From Elusimicrobiota bacterium (GTDB lineage: Bacteria > Elusimicrobiota > Endomicrobiia > Endomicrobiales > JBDRNC01), in contig JBDRNC010000012.1 in assembly GCA_043811535.1 (NCBI GenBank), positions 63,697 to 127,696 of the forward strand: 64,000 nt of DNA, given 5' to 3'. Of this stretch, positions 52,860 through 61,856 are shown one piece after another (positions within the stretch are counted from its first letter, which is position 1; the number at the start of each line of letters is the position of its first letter). The notes beneath the pieces were generated by a model. That model was not told the DNA's origin. It worked only from the letters and a program-made list of their open reading frames with translations, and ran no database searches. The translations under genes were made by a program, and so were the position numbers.

Positions 52860-53873
52860 TCAAATCCTTACAGGATTATCGTCCCCGCTGGACTGGCGCA
52901 CGACAAGCTCGGTTTCCAGCACGACTTTTTGTACCGACTTCTGGCCCTTGTCCATCTGGTCGACAAGCAGGCGCACCGCTTCCTTGCCCACGTCGAATAT
53001 CGGCTGGTGGATGCTGGTCAGAGGCGGGTCTGAGATCGCGGCAAGTATAAGGTCATCGTATCCGACGACCGCTATGTCTTTCGGAACCGCAAGCCCGGCA
53101 TCTTTAATGACTTTTATCGCGCCGATGGCCATCAGGTCGTTCGCCGCGAACACGGCCGTGGGCTTATTATCCAAAGACATCAGCTTCTGCATCGCGTCAA
53201 TGCCGCTCTGCTGGGAATATTTGCCGTATGTTATCAGTTCCTTGTCTTCGGGGATGTGGTATTTCATCAGGGCCAGCTGGTAGCCCTTATACCGGTCCTG
53301 GGCGTTGACGCCTTCAATGATTCCATTGATGATGCCTATCCTTTTGTGTCCCCGTTTAACAAGGTGCTCCACTGCCTTGAATGCTCCGTCCACGTTGTCC
53401 ACATCCACGTAACTTATCTGCGTTGAAACGCAGTTAATAAGCACCATGGGTATATCCTTCTTCTCAAGGTTTTTCAGCCCCAGGTCGTTCATGACAGGAG
53501 CTATCAGCAGCAGGCCGTCGCATTTTTTCATTTCATAGTACTGGTGGTATGAATCCCTTGAGGCGGGCGTTGATATCTTAAGAAGCAGGTCATAGTTATA
53601 GAGCCGGGCGGCGTTCTCTATGCCGCGCAGCATTTCCGCGAAATAATCGCTGAAGATATGCGTTTCAGGGGGGACGATAAGCCCGATAGTCTCGCTTTTG
53701 CTTTTACTGAAGGCGCGCGCGAGCATGTTGGGCTGGTAATTATGCTCCTTTATCACCTTGAGGACCTTCTTTTTTGTTTCAGGCCTTACCAATTCGCTGC
53801 CGTTGATGACTCTTGAAACAGTGGCAACGGACACACCGCTTTTCTGAGCGATATCTCTGATAGTTAAAGACAT
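52860..53873 (-). CDS. LacI-family transcriptional regulator
   Basis: TIRDIAQKSGVSVATVSRV, YQPNMLARA, DIAVVGYDD, PLTSIHQP. Confidence 0.95.
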   Translation of the reverse strand: MSLTIRDIAQKSGVSVATVSRVINGSELVRPETKKKVLKVIKEHNYQPNMLARAFSKSKSETIGLIVPPETHIFSDYFAEMLRGIENAARLYNYDLLLKISTPASRDSYHQYYEMKKCDGLLLIAPVMNDLGLKNLEKKDIPMVLINCVSTQISYVDVDNVDGAFKAVEHLVKRGHKRIGIINGIIEGVNAQDRYKGYQLALMKYHIPEDKELITYGKYSQQSGIDAMQKLMSLDNKPTAVFAANDLMAIGAIKVIKDAGLAVPKDIAVVGYDDLILAAISDPPLTSIHQPIFDVGKEAVRLLVDQMDKGQKSVQKVVLETELVVRQSSGDDNPVRI

Positions 53874-53908
53874 GATTATACCTCGATTTTACGGCTCCAC
53901 TGCGGGCT

Positions 53909-54003
53909 TGTAACCGATTACTAACTGCGGAGAATCAGGAAAATTTTCTTTTATTATAATACTAAAAAAACTCAGTGTCAAGGGCGTAATGTAAATGATT
54001 ACA
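53909..54003 (-). promoter_or_regulatory. Perfect sigma70 promoter flanked by two LacI-type operators
   Basis: TTGACA(53981-53976)-17 nt-TATAAT(53958-53953); TGTAACCGATTACT at 53909-53922; TGTAAATGATTACA at 53990-54003. Confidence 0.85.
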
Positions 54004-54016
54004 TGAAACTTGAAAA

Positions 54017-54080
54017 CAATGGCCAATTATCAATTAGCAATGATCATTTGCAGTTGATTATTGGCCTATATACTAATTAC
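54017..54080. repeat. Heptamer array (CAATTAN), same family as 33892
   Basis: CAATGGC-CAATTAT-CAATTAG-CAATGAT-CATT then a degenerate inverted half. Confidence 0.7.
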
Positions 54081-54099
54081 TATTTTTTATCTGCCGTTT

Positions 54100-54156
54100 T
54101 AGTTCTGCCGTACCAATTCTGTCTTACTAGTTCTGCCTTTTTCAGTTCTGTCTCTA
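54100..54156. repeat. 14-15-bp period direct repeat ARTTCTGYC ending at a stop codon
   Basis: AGTTCTGCC / AATTCTGTC / AGTTCTGCC / AGTTCTGTC. Confidence 0.7.
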
Positions 54157-56475
54157 GTATATTATCTTCACCGGGCCCCTGACTATTCCGCCGCCCATGG
54201 TATTGTCGTTGACCTTTATCACGATGACATTCTTTTCCCCGAATTTCACAAGCCCCTTGGGAAACTCGTACATTCTCTCCACGTCCCACGCGCTGCCTTT
54301 TTCGGGAGGAAAATCGCCCATACGCCCTATTTCTTTCCCGTTTAAATAGGTTATATCCGCGTCGTCAACACCGCCGATCTTGAGGACCAGTTTATCCGTC
54401 TTTATTTCTTTTTCAGCTGAACGTTCCACCTTGAACTCCTTCTTATAAACCGCGAGGCCGTCATAACCCGCGAAACCGTGTTTTTCCCACTCCCCGGGCA
54501 CGCTGATGTCTTTCCATCCTCCGGACGGCAGGGCCCCGATGTCAGCGGCGCCTGTCCTGAACTTCCATGAACCCTCAAGATTTACAAGGTCTTTCCATTC
54601 CTTTGAAATATCAACGCGCAGGGGATTATACCGGATTGCGTCAAGCAGCGTTATATCCACCGGCCCCTTCCATATCCCCCCTCCGCCGGCAGTATCACTG
54701 ACCCTTACGGCCAGCAGGTTGTCACCGCTAGTATTCATCAAATCCCTCGGCACTTCATACACCCTGGCGACGCCCCACGCGGACTTCGCCGACGGAGGGA
54801 ATTTTCCGAGACCGCCGATCTTTTCGCCGTTCAGATAAACCTCGTCCGCGTCGTCTATCGCTCCGAACCTGAGCACGACCGCTCCCCTGGCCGAGGCCAG
54901 GTCTTTGGGGGAGCTGAATACTGTCCTGTACCAGGCGATGCCGTCAAAATCCGGAAACCCTTCGTCCTCCCACTTTGCCGGGACATTAATCCTATTCCAT
55001 AATGAATCGTCAAAATCCGCGTCCTTCCACTTCATATTATTTCCAGTCTTGAAAGCCCACTTGCCGGAAAGGTCCAGGGAAGCCCCCTCAGGAATTTTTT
55101 CCTTTTTCACAAAACCGGTCCGCTCCATGCCCTTCTGCACGTACTCATTCATCATGAAGTACTTCCAAATAAGCCCGGTCCTGTAGTTCTCTATCATCAG
55201 AAGTATAATACCCTGGTCAAGTCCGCTGACTATCTCGGCTCTCCACATCGTCTTATTCTTGTTATTGAACTGGTTCTTTTCGCGCGGGTCGGTATTGTAC
55301 GCGTCGCAGAAACCGTACTTGCCCCAGAGGTCATCCTTGTAATTTTCATACAAATATTTCATCATTGCCAGCGATTCTTCCGGAGTGAACGGCATTGAGC
55401 CGCCGGCCGCGTGTATAGCGACATTGCCCGCTATGCCTCTCATACCCGATTCAGGAACGTCTTCCAAGGCCGGCTCCGCCTCACCGGTGTGGTCATATCC
55501 CCGCGGCGGAGGTATTTCTGATGCGCTAAGGCCCCAGCTGTTAGGCCCGTAAGTCGTGAACTGATACTTCTTGTCAGCGATGCCTCCGATCGCGTGGTCT
55601 ATGCAGTACTGCCTGTTCGCCAGCACTGAATTACGCGAACTGATGAAATAATCCGCGAACTTATCGTGTTTGTCCCTGAAATCAAACCAGGCCTGCGGGA
55701 ACTGATGAATGAACAGAGCGGGATAGAAAACTCTCGGGAAATTCGCCTCATCCTTGCGGTTAGCCGTGGAAAACTGGAAGTTGCGCCACATTCTATCCCA
55801 TCCTGAAGCCTGTATCGTATGCTCCGGGGCGCCCATACCCATAAGCGTCATGATTATGTATTCGTTGTAATATTGCATCAACTGATCGCCGAAAGCGTTC
55901 CACTTGATGCCCCTGAATATCCTGTCAACTATCTCTTTGAATTCCGGCTGCTTGTATTTGGCGCTATAGTACTCCGCGGCCGTTATCGCCCCCGTAATGA
56001 ACAGGGCCGTGTCTATCGTGGATATTTCGCTTTCGTTCTTGTCGGGCCAGATCCACTGTTTATTGCTGCGCATGTCTATCCAGTGATAGTAAAGCCCCCT
56101 GTTATCCCTGTAAAGCAGTTTGTCAAAGGTGTTAAGCGTGACTTTTATCCTCTGATACGCCTGCTCCTTTGTTATCCAGCCCCGTTCCACTCCTATTATA
56201 TACGCCGAAAGCCCGAAGCCTACCGAAGCAATGCTGGCGCGGTATTTTTTGTGGGTTTCCTTTTCGGTATCCTCTGTAAAATTGTTTGTCTGGTCTTTAA
56301 TAAGCCCTGTTTCAGGGTCAGCGTTCTCCCAGAAAAAATCGAAGGCCTTGCGCTCCACCATGTCAATGAACTTTTCGTCCTCTGCGGACATTTCGAAGGT
56401 AGTTTCGGCCGGCAGGTTCGCGGCAAATCCGAACAGAAGCAGGATAGACAGGGCAATGGCGCAGATTTTTTTCAT
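54154..56475 (-). CDS. Glucoamylase-family (GH144-like) + two jelly-roll domains
   Basis: AFDFFWE...TGLIKD, ASIASVGFGL, EISTIDTAL, YNE, LFIHQFPQAWFDFR, WGLSASE, WGKYGF.DAYN, GLDQG..IENYRTG; two W.F.TG...VP..WE..GF..DG..Y modules; start moved to ATG 56475. Confidence 0.85.
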   Translation of the reverse strand: MKKICAIALSILLLFGFAANLPAETTFEMSAEDEKFIDMVERKAFDFFWENADPETGLIKDQTNNFTEDTEKETHKKYRASIASVGFGLSAYIIGVERGWITKEQAYQRIKVTLNTFDKLLYRDNRGLYYHWIDMRSNKQWIWPDKNESEISTIDTALFITGAITAAEYYSAKYKQPEFKEIVDRIFRGIKWNAFGDQLMQYYNEYIIMTLMGMGAPEHTIQASGWDRMWRNFQFSTANRKDEANFPRVFYPALFIHQFPQAWFDFRDKHDKFADYFISSRNSVLANRQYCIDHAIGGIADKKYQFTTYGPNSWGLSASEIPPPRGYDHTGEAEPALEDVPESGMRGIAGNVAIHAAGGSMPFTPEESLAMMKYLYENYKDDLWGKYGFCDAYNTDPREKNQFNNKNKTMWRAEIVSGLDQGIILLMIENYRTGLIWKYFMMNEYVQKGMERTGFVKKEKIPEGASLDLSGKWAFKTGNNMKWKDADFDDSLWNRINVPAKWEDEGFPDFDGIAWYRTVFSSPKDLASARGAVVLRFGAIDDADEVYLNGEKIGGLGKFPPSAKSAWGVARVYEVPRDLMNTSGDNLLAVRVSDTAGGGGIWKGPVDITLLDAIRYNPLRVDISKEWKDLVNLEGSWKFRTGAADIGALPSGGWKDISVPGEWEKHGFAGYDGLAVYKKEFKVERSAEKEIKTDKLVLKIGGVDDADITYLNGKEIGRMGDFPPEKGSAWDVERMYEFPKGLVKFGEKNVIVIKVNDNTMGGGIVRGPVKIIY

Positions 56476-56523
56476 TTTCAATTCCTTTTTAGCAAGCAGT
56501 TTGCCTTTTTGCGCTGCAAAGTG

Positions 56524-56574
56524 AAAGGGGACGGTTCTATTTAACATATTTAATAAAATAGAACCGTCCCCTTT
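56524..56574. repeat. 19-bp perfect inverted repeat (REP-like or terminator hairpin)
   Basis: AAAGGGGACGGTTCTATTT-13 nt-AAATAGAACCGTCCCCTTT, 3 nt after the permease stop. Confidence 0.8.
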
Positions 56575-56577
56575 TTC

Positions 56578-57684
56578 TTATTTCTTTCTGACGTCAAGCA
56601 TGACCGCGCCGATGATAATCAGACCCTTGACGACATACTGAAGGAAGGGGTCTACGTTGAGCAGCTGGAGTCCGTTATTAAGTATTCCTATTATGAATGC
56701 GCCTATTATGGTTCCTTCCACGCTCCCGAAACCGCCCATGAGGCTCGTCCCGCCTATAACTACGGAAGCGATCGCGTCCAGCTCAAACATGTTGCCCATG
56801 GTAGGCGTGGCGGCATTCAACCTGGCCGTCAATAATATCCCGGCGACGCCCGCGAGCAGTCCCATTATCGTGAAAACCAGGAATTTCACGCCCTTGACGT
56901 TTATTCCTGAAAGGTGTGAAGCGGTTGCGTTACCCCCTATGGCATACATGTACCTGCCGAAAGCCGTCCTGTGCAGTATGAATACACCGCACAATGCAAT
57001 CGCCGCGAAGACCGCTACTATAATAGGTATTCCTTCATAAGAACAAAGCCACAGGAAAAACGCTACGACAACCGTTTTCAGAACGGCCCCCGATACAATG
57101 CCTATGTCGATCTTTTTCTTTATGAAAAGACTTACCGATCCCCACAGCCATAACACACCCATAATGGAGACCAGGGCGATCGAGGCCGGGGCAGGGATGC
57201 TGTTGTTGCCTATAGCGGCAAACCTATCGCTCATCGGAGCTATCGAGGCGCCCTTGGAAATAATAAGCGCAAGCCCGCGCGCTATCGTCATCATACCGAG
57301 TGTTATGATAAAAGGATGTATTGAAAACCTTGTCACGAAGAAACCGTTGAACATGCCGGCCAGCGCGCCGGCAACAAGGGCCGCAATGATGGATACGGCC
57401 GCGCCGCAACCCTGCATCACATGAAAGTAAGCGACGGTGATACCGGCGAAAGCGACCACTGAGCCAATTGAAAGGTCTATGCCCGCTATCAATATCACAA
57501 AAGTCATGCCGACCGCAAGCACCCCGTTCACCGCGACCTGGCGCGTAAGGTTCAGAAGATTCCTCGGCGTAAAAAACATGCCTTCGGTCATGGCTGTCAG
57601 CGCTATGCCCATTATCACGAGCGCGAGCAGCAGCCCGTATTTTCTCCAGTCAATAGAAGATGATTTGATTCCGGCCATTGTCAC
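56578..57684 (-). CDS. Monosaccharide ABC transporter permease (XylH/RbsC-like)
   Basis: GMTFVI..AGIDLSIGS, FIITLG, FGRYMYAIGGN, ELDAIASVVIGGTSL.GG.G. Confidence 0.93.
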   Translation of the reverse strand: MTMAGIKSSSIDWRKYGLLLALVIMGIALTAMTEGMFFTPRNLLNLTRQVAVNGVLAVGMTFVILIAGIDLSIGSVVAFAGITVAYFHVMQGCGAAVSIIAALVAGALAGMFNGFFVTRFSIHPFIITLGMMTIARGLALIISKGASIAPMSDRFAAIGNNSIPAPASIALVSIMGVLWLWGSVSLFIKKKIDIGIVSGAVLKTVVVAFFLWLCSYEGIPIIVAVFAAIALCGVFILHRTAFGRYMYAIGGNATASHLSGINVKGVKFLVFTIMGLLAGVAGILLTARLNAATPTMGNMFELDAIASVVIGGTSLMGGFGSVEGTIIGAFIIGILNNGLQLLNVDPFLQYVVKGLIIIGAVMLDVRKK

Positions 57685-59201
57685 ATTCCTCCGGTGGCGA
57701 GATGCATTACTTTTTCAGGGGTGGCGCTCTTTCTGTCAAGTTCGCCGGCGACCTCTCCCTCATGCAGCACTAAAACCCTGTCGCACATGCCGAGAAGCTC
57801 GGGCAGTTCCGAAGATATCATTATTATGGAAGCGCCTTCGCTTACCAGCCTGTTCATAATATTGTAGATCTCGACTTTGGCGCCCACGTCTATACCGCGG
57901 GTGGGCTCGTCAAGTATGAGTACCTTTGGCCTCATGCACAGCCATTTGCCAAGCACGACTTTCTGCTGATTGCCTCCGCTCAGGTTGTTAACCTGCGAGA
58001 CATGCGAAGGCGTTTTGATCTTGAGATCGTCTATCTGCCTGATTATTATTCCGGTTTCCTTGTCATTGTCTATTACGTTCGCCCTGCATATCTTGTGAAG
58101 CGCGGAAAGCGTGATATTGTTTCCGACAGACATGCCGAGGACCAGTCCATGGAGTTTCCTGTCTTCCGTCACAAGCACAAGCCCTTTTTCTATGGCGTCT
58201 TTGGGAGACGCCGGGGCGTATTTCTCCCCGCACAGAACCATCTCTCCGGTCATCCAGCGGCTGAACTCTCCGAAAAGCGCCATCGCAAGAGCCGTCCTGC
58301 CCGAACCCATGAGGCCGCCGATGCCCAGAATCTCACCGCCCCTTGCCTCAAAATTTACATCTTTCAGTATATACCTGTCCTTAATCTCGGGATTTTTGAG
58401 CGTCAGGTTTTTTACCGACAAAAGCGGGTTCCCCGCGTGTGTCTTCTGCTTGGGGAACATGTCCTTTATGCTCCTGCCTACCATCATGGAGATTACTTCG
58501 TCCCTTGACAGCTTAGAGGTTTCTTTTGTCCCGACCGACGACCCGTCGCGCAGGACGGTTATCCTGTCAGACAGCGAGAAAACCTCGTCAAGCTTGTGCG
58601 AGATGTATATCATCGATACGTTGTTCTTCTTGAGTTCCTTGATTATGTCAAACAAGTGCTTGACCTCGGATTCGGTCAGCGCCGAGGTGGGTTCGTCAAG
58701 AATGAGTATCCTTGCGTTTATGGACAGCGCTTTCGCTATTTCCACCATCTGCTGCTGTCCCACAGTCAGCCCTCCGATAAGCGCATGGGGGTCTATCTTG
58801 ACTTTCAGTTTCCCAAGAGCCTCGCGCGCGCCCGCAAAAAGCCTGTTCCAGTCGATAATCCCGGGAAGATTCACTGGCTCTCTGCCGAGGAATATATTTT
58901 CCGCTACGGACATTCCGGGTATCAGGTTCAGTTCCTGGTGAATTATCGCGATGCCGGCTTCTTCCGCTTCCCTTGTCCCGGGGAAGCTTGCAGTTTTCCC
59001 GTCTATGACTATTTCGCCTGAATACGTTCCGTGCGGGTAGACGCCGCTCAATATCTTCATCAGCGTTGATTTGCCCGCGCCGTTTTCCCCGACAAGAGCA
59101 AGGAGTTCCCCTTCGCAAAGCGCCAGATTCACGTTATCCAGCGCTTTTACGCCCGGGAACTCCTTTGATATGTTCCGGAGTTCGAGTATGGTTTTATTCA
59201 T
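57681..59201 (-). CDS. Monosaccharide ABC transporter ATPase with tandem ABC domains (XylG/RbsA-like)
   Basis: FPGVKALD, GENGAGKST, LDEPT twice, TEDRK..GL, LSGGNQQK, TRGIDVGAK. Confidence 0.95.
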   Translation of the reverse strand: MNKTILELRNISKEFPGVKALDNVNLALCEGELLALVGENGAGKSTLMKILSGVYPHGTYSGEIVIDGKTASFPGTREAEEAGIAIIHQELNLIPGMSVAENIFLGREPVNLPGIIDWNRLFAGAREALGKLKVKIDPHALIGGLTVGQQQMVEIAKALSINARILILDEPTSALTESEVKHLFDIIKELKKNNVSMIYISHKLDEVFSLSDRITVLRDGSSVGTKETSKLSRDEVISMMVGRSIKDMFPKQKTHAGNPLLSVKNLTLKNPEIKDRYILKDVNFEARGGEILGIGGLMGSGRTALAMALFGEFSRWMTGEMVLCGEKYAPASPKDAIEKGLVLVTEDRKLHGLVLGMSVGNNITLSALHKICRANVIDNDKETGIIIRQIDDLKIKTPSHVSQVNNLSGGNQQKVVLGKWLCMRPKVLILDEPTRGIDVGAKVEIYNIMNRLVSEGASIIMISSELPELLGMCDRVLVLHEGEVAGELDRKSATPEKVMHLATGGM

Positions 59202-59216
59202 TTTCCGTTATTGAAA

Positions 59217-59290
59217 GGTAGAAGGGAGACGGTAGATGGCAGACGGATTTATGAACGGCGTTATGCTTCCCGTCTATCGTCTACCGGTCT
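59217..59290. repeat. Self-complementary heptamer array (GGTAGAC / CCGTCTA)
   Basis: GGTAGAA-GGGAGAC-GGTAGAT-GGCAGAC-GG ... CCCGTCT-ATCGTCT-ACCGGTCT abutting the 59290 stop. Confidence 0.8.
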
Positions 59291-60267
59291 TATTTAAGTC
59301 CCGACCAGCGGTATTTCATTTCGGAAATATTTTCTTTTGTAATTAATTTTACCGGCGTGAATTTGACCTTTACCCTGGCGCCCTGATTACTCACCGTCTT
59401 GTCGGCGGCGATCTTCTCCTTGTTTATCAGCGCCACCGCGGTTTTGTATGACTGCAGGCCGAGTTCATAGGGCATCTTGTCCACGTCGGCGCTCAGCGTC
59501 CCCTTAACTATCGCTTCGCACGCGTCTTTATCCGCGTCTGAACCGACTACCACCACTTTTCCGACAAGATTCTGGGCTATAACGGCCTGCGCCGCGCCCA
59601 TCGCCATGCCGCTGTTATTGCACAGCACCCCGGCAATGTTGTTCTTGTATTTTGTCAGGGCGTTCTCAACCGTAGCCATGGCAAGATCGCGCGCCCATGA
59701 CTTATGCATCTGGTTGACCACGATATTGATGCCCGGATATTTCTTGAGCACTGAAAGATTCCCGTTCGTGATTTCCCTGGCTACGCTGTTGCCCGCTTCG
59801 CCCTGGCATATCACGACATTCCCTTTTCCGCCTATCTTTTCCGCGAGGTATTTCGCCTGTATCTGCCCGACCTTGAAACTGTCCGCGGTCACGTAACAGT
59901 CAACCTGAGATCCGACCGGCAGTCTATCCATCGCGACAACCGGGATTCCCGCGGCCTTCGCTTTTTTTACAAGTTCCGTTGCCGCGGCGGTATTTACGGA
60001 GTGCAGTATAAGGCAGTCTATCTTCTGCGTTATCAGATCCTCTATATTAGAGACCTGGTTCGTCTCCATATTATCCGCGGACAGCCAGATTATTTTGATA
60101 TTATCCTTATCTTTATTGTCCATCATCGCCTTTTTCATGAAGGTATAGACGGATTCCTGCATTGTTGCCACTGACACGCCGATCTTCTTTTTATTGGACT
60201 GCGCGCAGGCGCCGAAAAAGAACGCGCACACCATGAAAACAGCAAAAACTTTTACAGTCAACTTCAT
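59290..60267 (-). CDS. Monosaccharide ABC transporter substrate-binding lipoprotein (XylF/RbsB-like)
   Basis: FGA-C lipobox; Q...IEDLI, AGIPVVAMDR, GKGNVV, N..MAMGA, VVGSDA. Confidence 0.9.
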   Translation of the reverse strand: MKLTVKVFAVFMVCAFFFGACAQSNKKKIGVSVATMQESVYTFMKKAMMDNKDKDNIKIIWLSADNMETNQVSNIEDLITQKIDCLILHSVNTAAATELVKKAKAAGIPVVAMDRLPVGSQVDCYVTADSFKVGQIQAKYLAEKIGGKGNVVICQGEAGNSVAREITNGNLSVLKKYPGINIVVNQMHKSWARDLAMATVENALTKYKNNIAGVLCNNSGMAMGAAQAVIAQNLVGKVVVVGSDADKDACEAIVKGTLSADVDKMPYELGLQSYKTAVALINKEKIAADKTVSNQGARVKVKFTPVKLITKENISEMKYRWSGLK

Positions 60268-60345
60268 GTATACCTCCCGAACTCCTTGAGATTTTACTAA
60301 ACCGCTCTTGCGAGGTCCGCCGTGGCGGACGGATTTCTATGGGAC

Positions 60346-60372
60346 GTTGACAGTTGACTGTTGACAAGTGAA
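60346..60372. repeat. Short heptamer array GTTGACN
   Basis: GTTGACA-GTTGACT-GTTGACA-AGTGAA. Confidence 0.6.
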
Positions 60373-60464
60373 TAACATTCCTTCTTCAGCAAACTGTCAT
60401 ACCACAAACTGCCTTTTTTCCGACAAACACAACATGGTCGTGAATCATGAAATCGTTTGCATCA

Positions 60465-60544
60465 AGTATAGGATAGAAATAATGTCTTGTCAATAGAAAA
60501 CTATGCATTTTTAAAACACACTCAAACACAGGTAAACGCTTACA
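60465..60544 (-). promoter_or_regulatory. sigma70 promoter and upstream LacI-type operator for the monosaccharide ABC operon
   Basis: TTGACA(60493-60488)-17 nt-TATACT(60470-60465); GGTAAACGCTTACA at 60531-60544. Confidence 0.75.
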
Positions 60545-60567
60545 GGCAGATGCCCGGGACTGCCTTA

Positions 60568-60876
60568 TCACATCATTACAAATCCGACCGCGAGTTCAAC
60601 CGGCTGAACGAACGCGAATCCCTTGCCCGTCTCAGTCAATCCGCCCATCCTGACGACCGTATCGAAAATCTCCTGTTTTTGTTCCGGGCTGACCACTATC
60701 ATGATGATCTCTTTTTCTTCCTTTATGAACATTCCCCTTATACCTATTTTTTCGCGCACGCCCCTGCCTTTGGCGTCAAAATACGTCGCCCCTGACGCGC
60801 CGTTCTTCAATGCCTGGTCCACGATATCCGAGGCCTTCCCCTTCTCAATTATGCAAGTGATTAAACTGTAGCCCAT
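60568..60876 (-). CDS. P-II-like signal transduction protein
   Basis: LITCII...GASGAT...GRG...EKEII.IVV...GKGFAFVQPV; GGAGG upstream. Confidence 0.85.
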   Translation of the reverse strand: MGYSLITCIIEKGKASDIVDQALKNGASGATYFDAKGRGVREKIGIRGMFIKEEKEIIMIVVSPEQKQEIFDTVVRMGGLTETGKGFAFVQPVELAVGFVMM

Positions 60877-60893
60877 GTTACCTCCCGTAAAGA

Positions 60894-60972
60894 CATGTTT
60901 AATTGTTTAACGCTTAACAGTTTAACGTTCCATACCTTAAACGGTTAAACAGCTGAAACGGTTGAAGCTGTT
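60894..60972. repeat. Self-complementary octamer array (AACNGTTT / TAAACNGT variant)
   Basis: AATTGTTT-AACGCTT-AACAGTTT-AACGTTCC / TAAACGGT-TAAACAGC-TGAAACGG. Confidence 0.7.
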
Positions 60973-60973
60973 T

Positions 60974-61840
60974 CTATTCTCCGAATGCTTCATAAACAGC
61001 CCTGTTTTTCCCGGTCCGTTTGGCCAGGTACATGGCCTCGTCGGCTTTCCTGACAAGGCCTTCGGCGTCGCGGGAAGGTCTTATAAAAGTCGCCACGCCG
61101 ATGCTCAAAGTTGACCTGTATCCCTTATTCTCTTCCGCCTCGGAATATTTCCCCACGATCTTGTTTACGACATTTTTTGAATCCTCAAGGTATGTTTCGG
61201 GGAACATTATCACGAATTCGTCCCCTCCTATCCTTGAAACCATATCGGTGTTCCTTACACTCTCAGAAATAACTTTTGCCAGCGCCCCGAGAAGTCTATC
61301 CCCTTCATGATGGCCGTAATTATCATTCACGGACTTGAAATCGTCAACGTCTATATAAGCGATTGTCAGGGGATGCTTGTACCTCTCGGCCCTTGCCGCC
61401 TCGCGCTGAAGCATCTCATTGAAGAACCTGCGGTTATTTATGCCCGTAAGCGCGTCCGTCATCGCGTTTTTAGTTTCAAAATCTATTCTCTCCTTCAGTT
61501 CGGAGATCAGGTGCGAGGCTATCAGAAAAAGCGCGAACCTGCCGAACATGTTCCACAGGAGTATGAACGGGTACGTAACACTTTTATCATAAAGCACTTC
61601 CGCCAAAAGCCAGCATATGCTGCTGGCGACAGTAACGACATAACCCGTTTTTCTGCCGACATACCATGCCGCCAATCCTATCGGCAGAAGGTAGAATACC
61701 CTAAAAAATATTTCAACTCCGGTTACGGCATCAAGTATTCCGATTAAAAGAACCATAGTGAAAGCGCTAACAGTGACTGCCGTCGTTCCGACTTCTGTAA
61801 TCAGTGAATCAATCTTATTTCTGATGTTTTTAATATTCAT
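60974..61840 (-). CDS. Membrane-bound diguanylate cyclase (GGDEF)
   Basis: About four TM helices; D.LTG..NRR, IDVDDFKSVND.YGH..GD, SRIGGDEF. Confidence 0.93.
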   Translation of the reverse strand: MNIKNIRNKIDSLITEVGTTAVTVSAFTMVLLIGILDAVTGVEIFFRVFYLLPIGLAAWYVGRKTGYVVTVASSICWLLAEVLYDKSVTYPFILLWNMFGRFALFLIASHLISELKERIDFETKNAMTDALTGINNRRFFNEMLQREAARAERYKHPLTIAYIDVDDFKSVNDNYGHHEGDRLLGALAKVISESVRNTDMVSRIGGDEFVIMFPETYLEDSKNVVNKIVGKYSEAEENKGYRSTLSIGVATFIRPSRDAEGLVRKADEAMYLAKRTGKNRAVYEAFGE

Positions 61841-61856
61841 ATCGCTATATCCCTGA

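Noticed and set aside
54080..54289. 69-aa minus-strand ORF
   Set aside because: Alternative frame over the end of the GH144-like gene and the 14-15-bp repeat.
60268..60464. Riboswitch in the long leader of the sugar-binding protein gene
   Set aside because: Only a GTCCGCC/GGCGGAC palindrome and a GTTGACN repeat are visible; no riboswitch consensus recognised (an Rfam scan would settle it).
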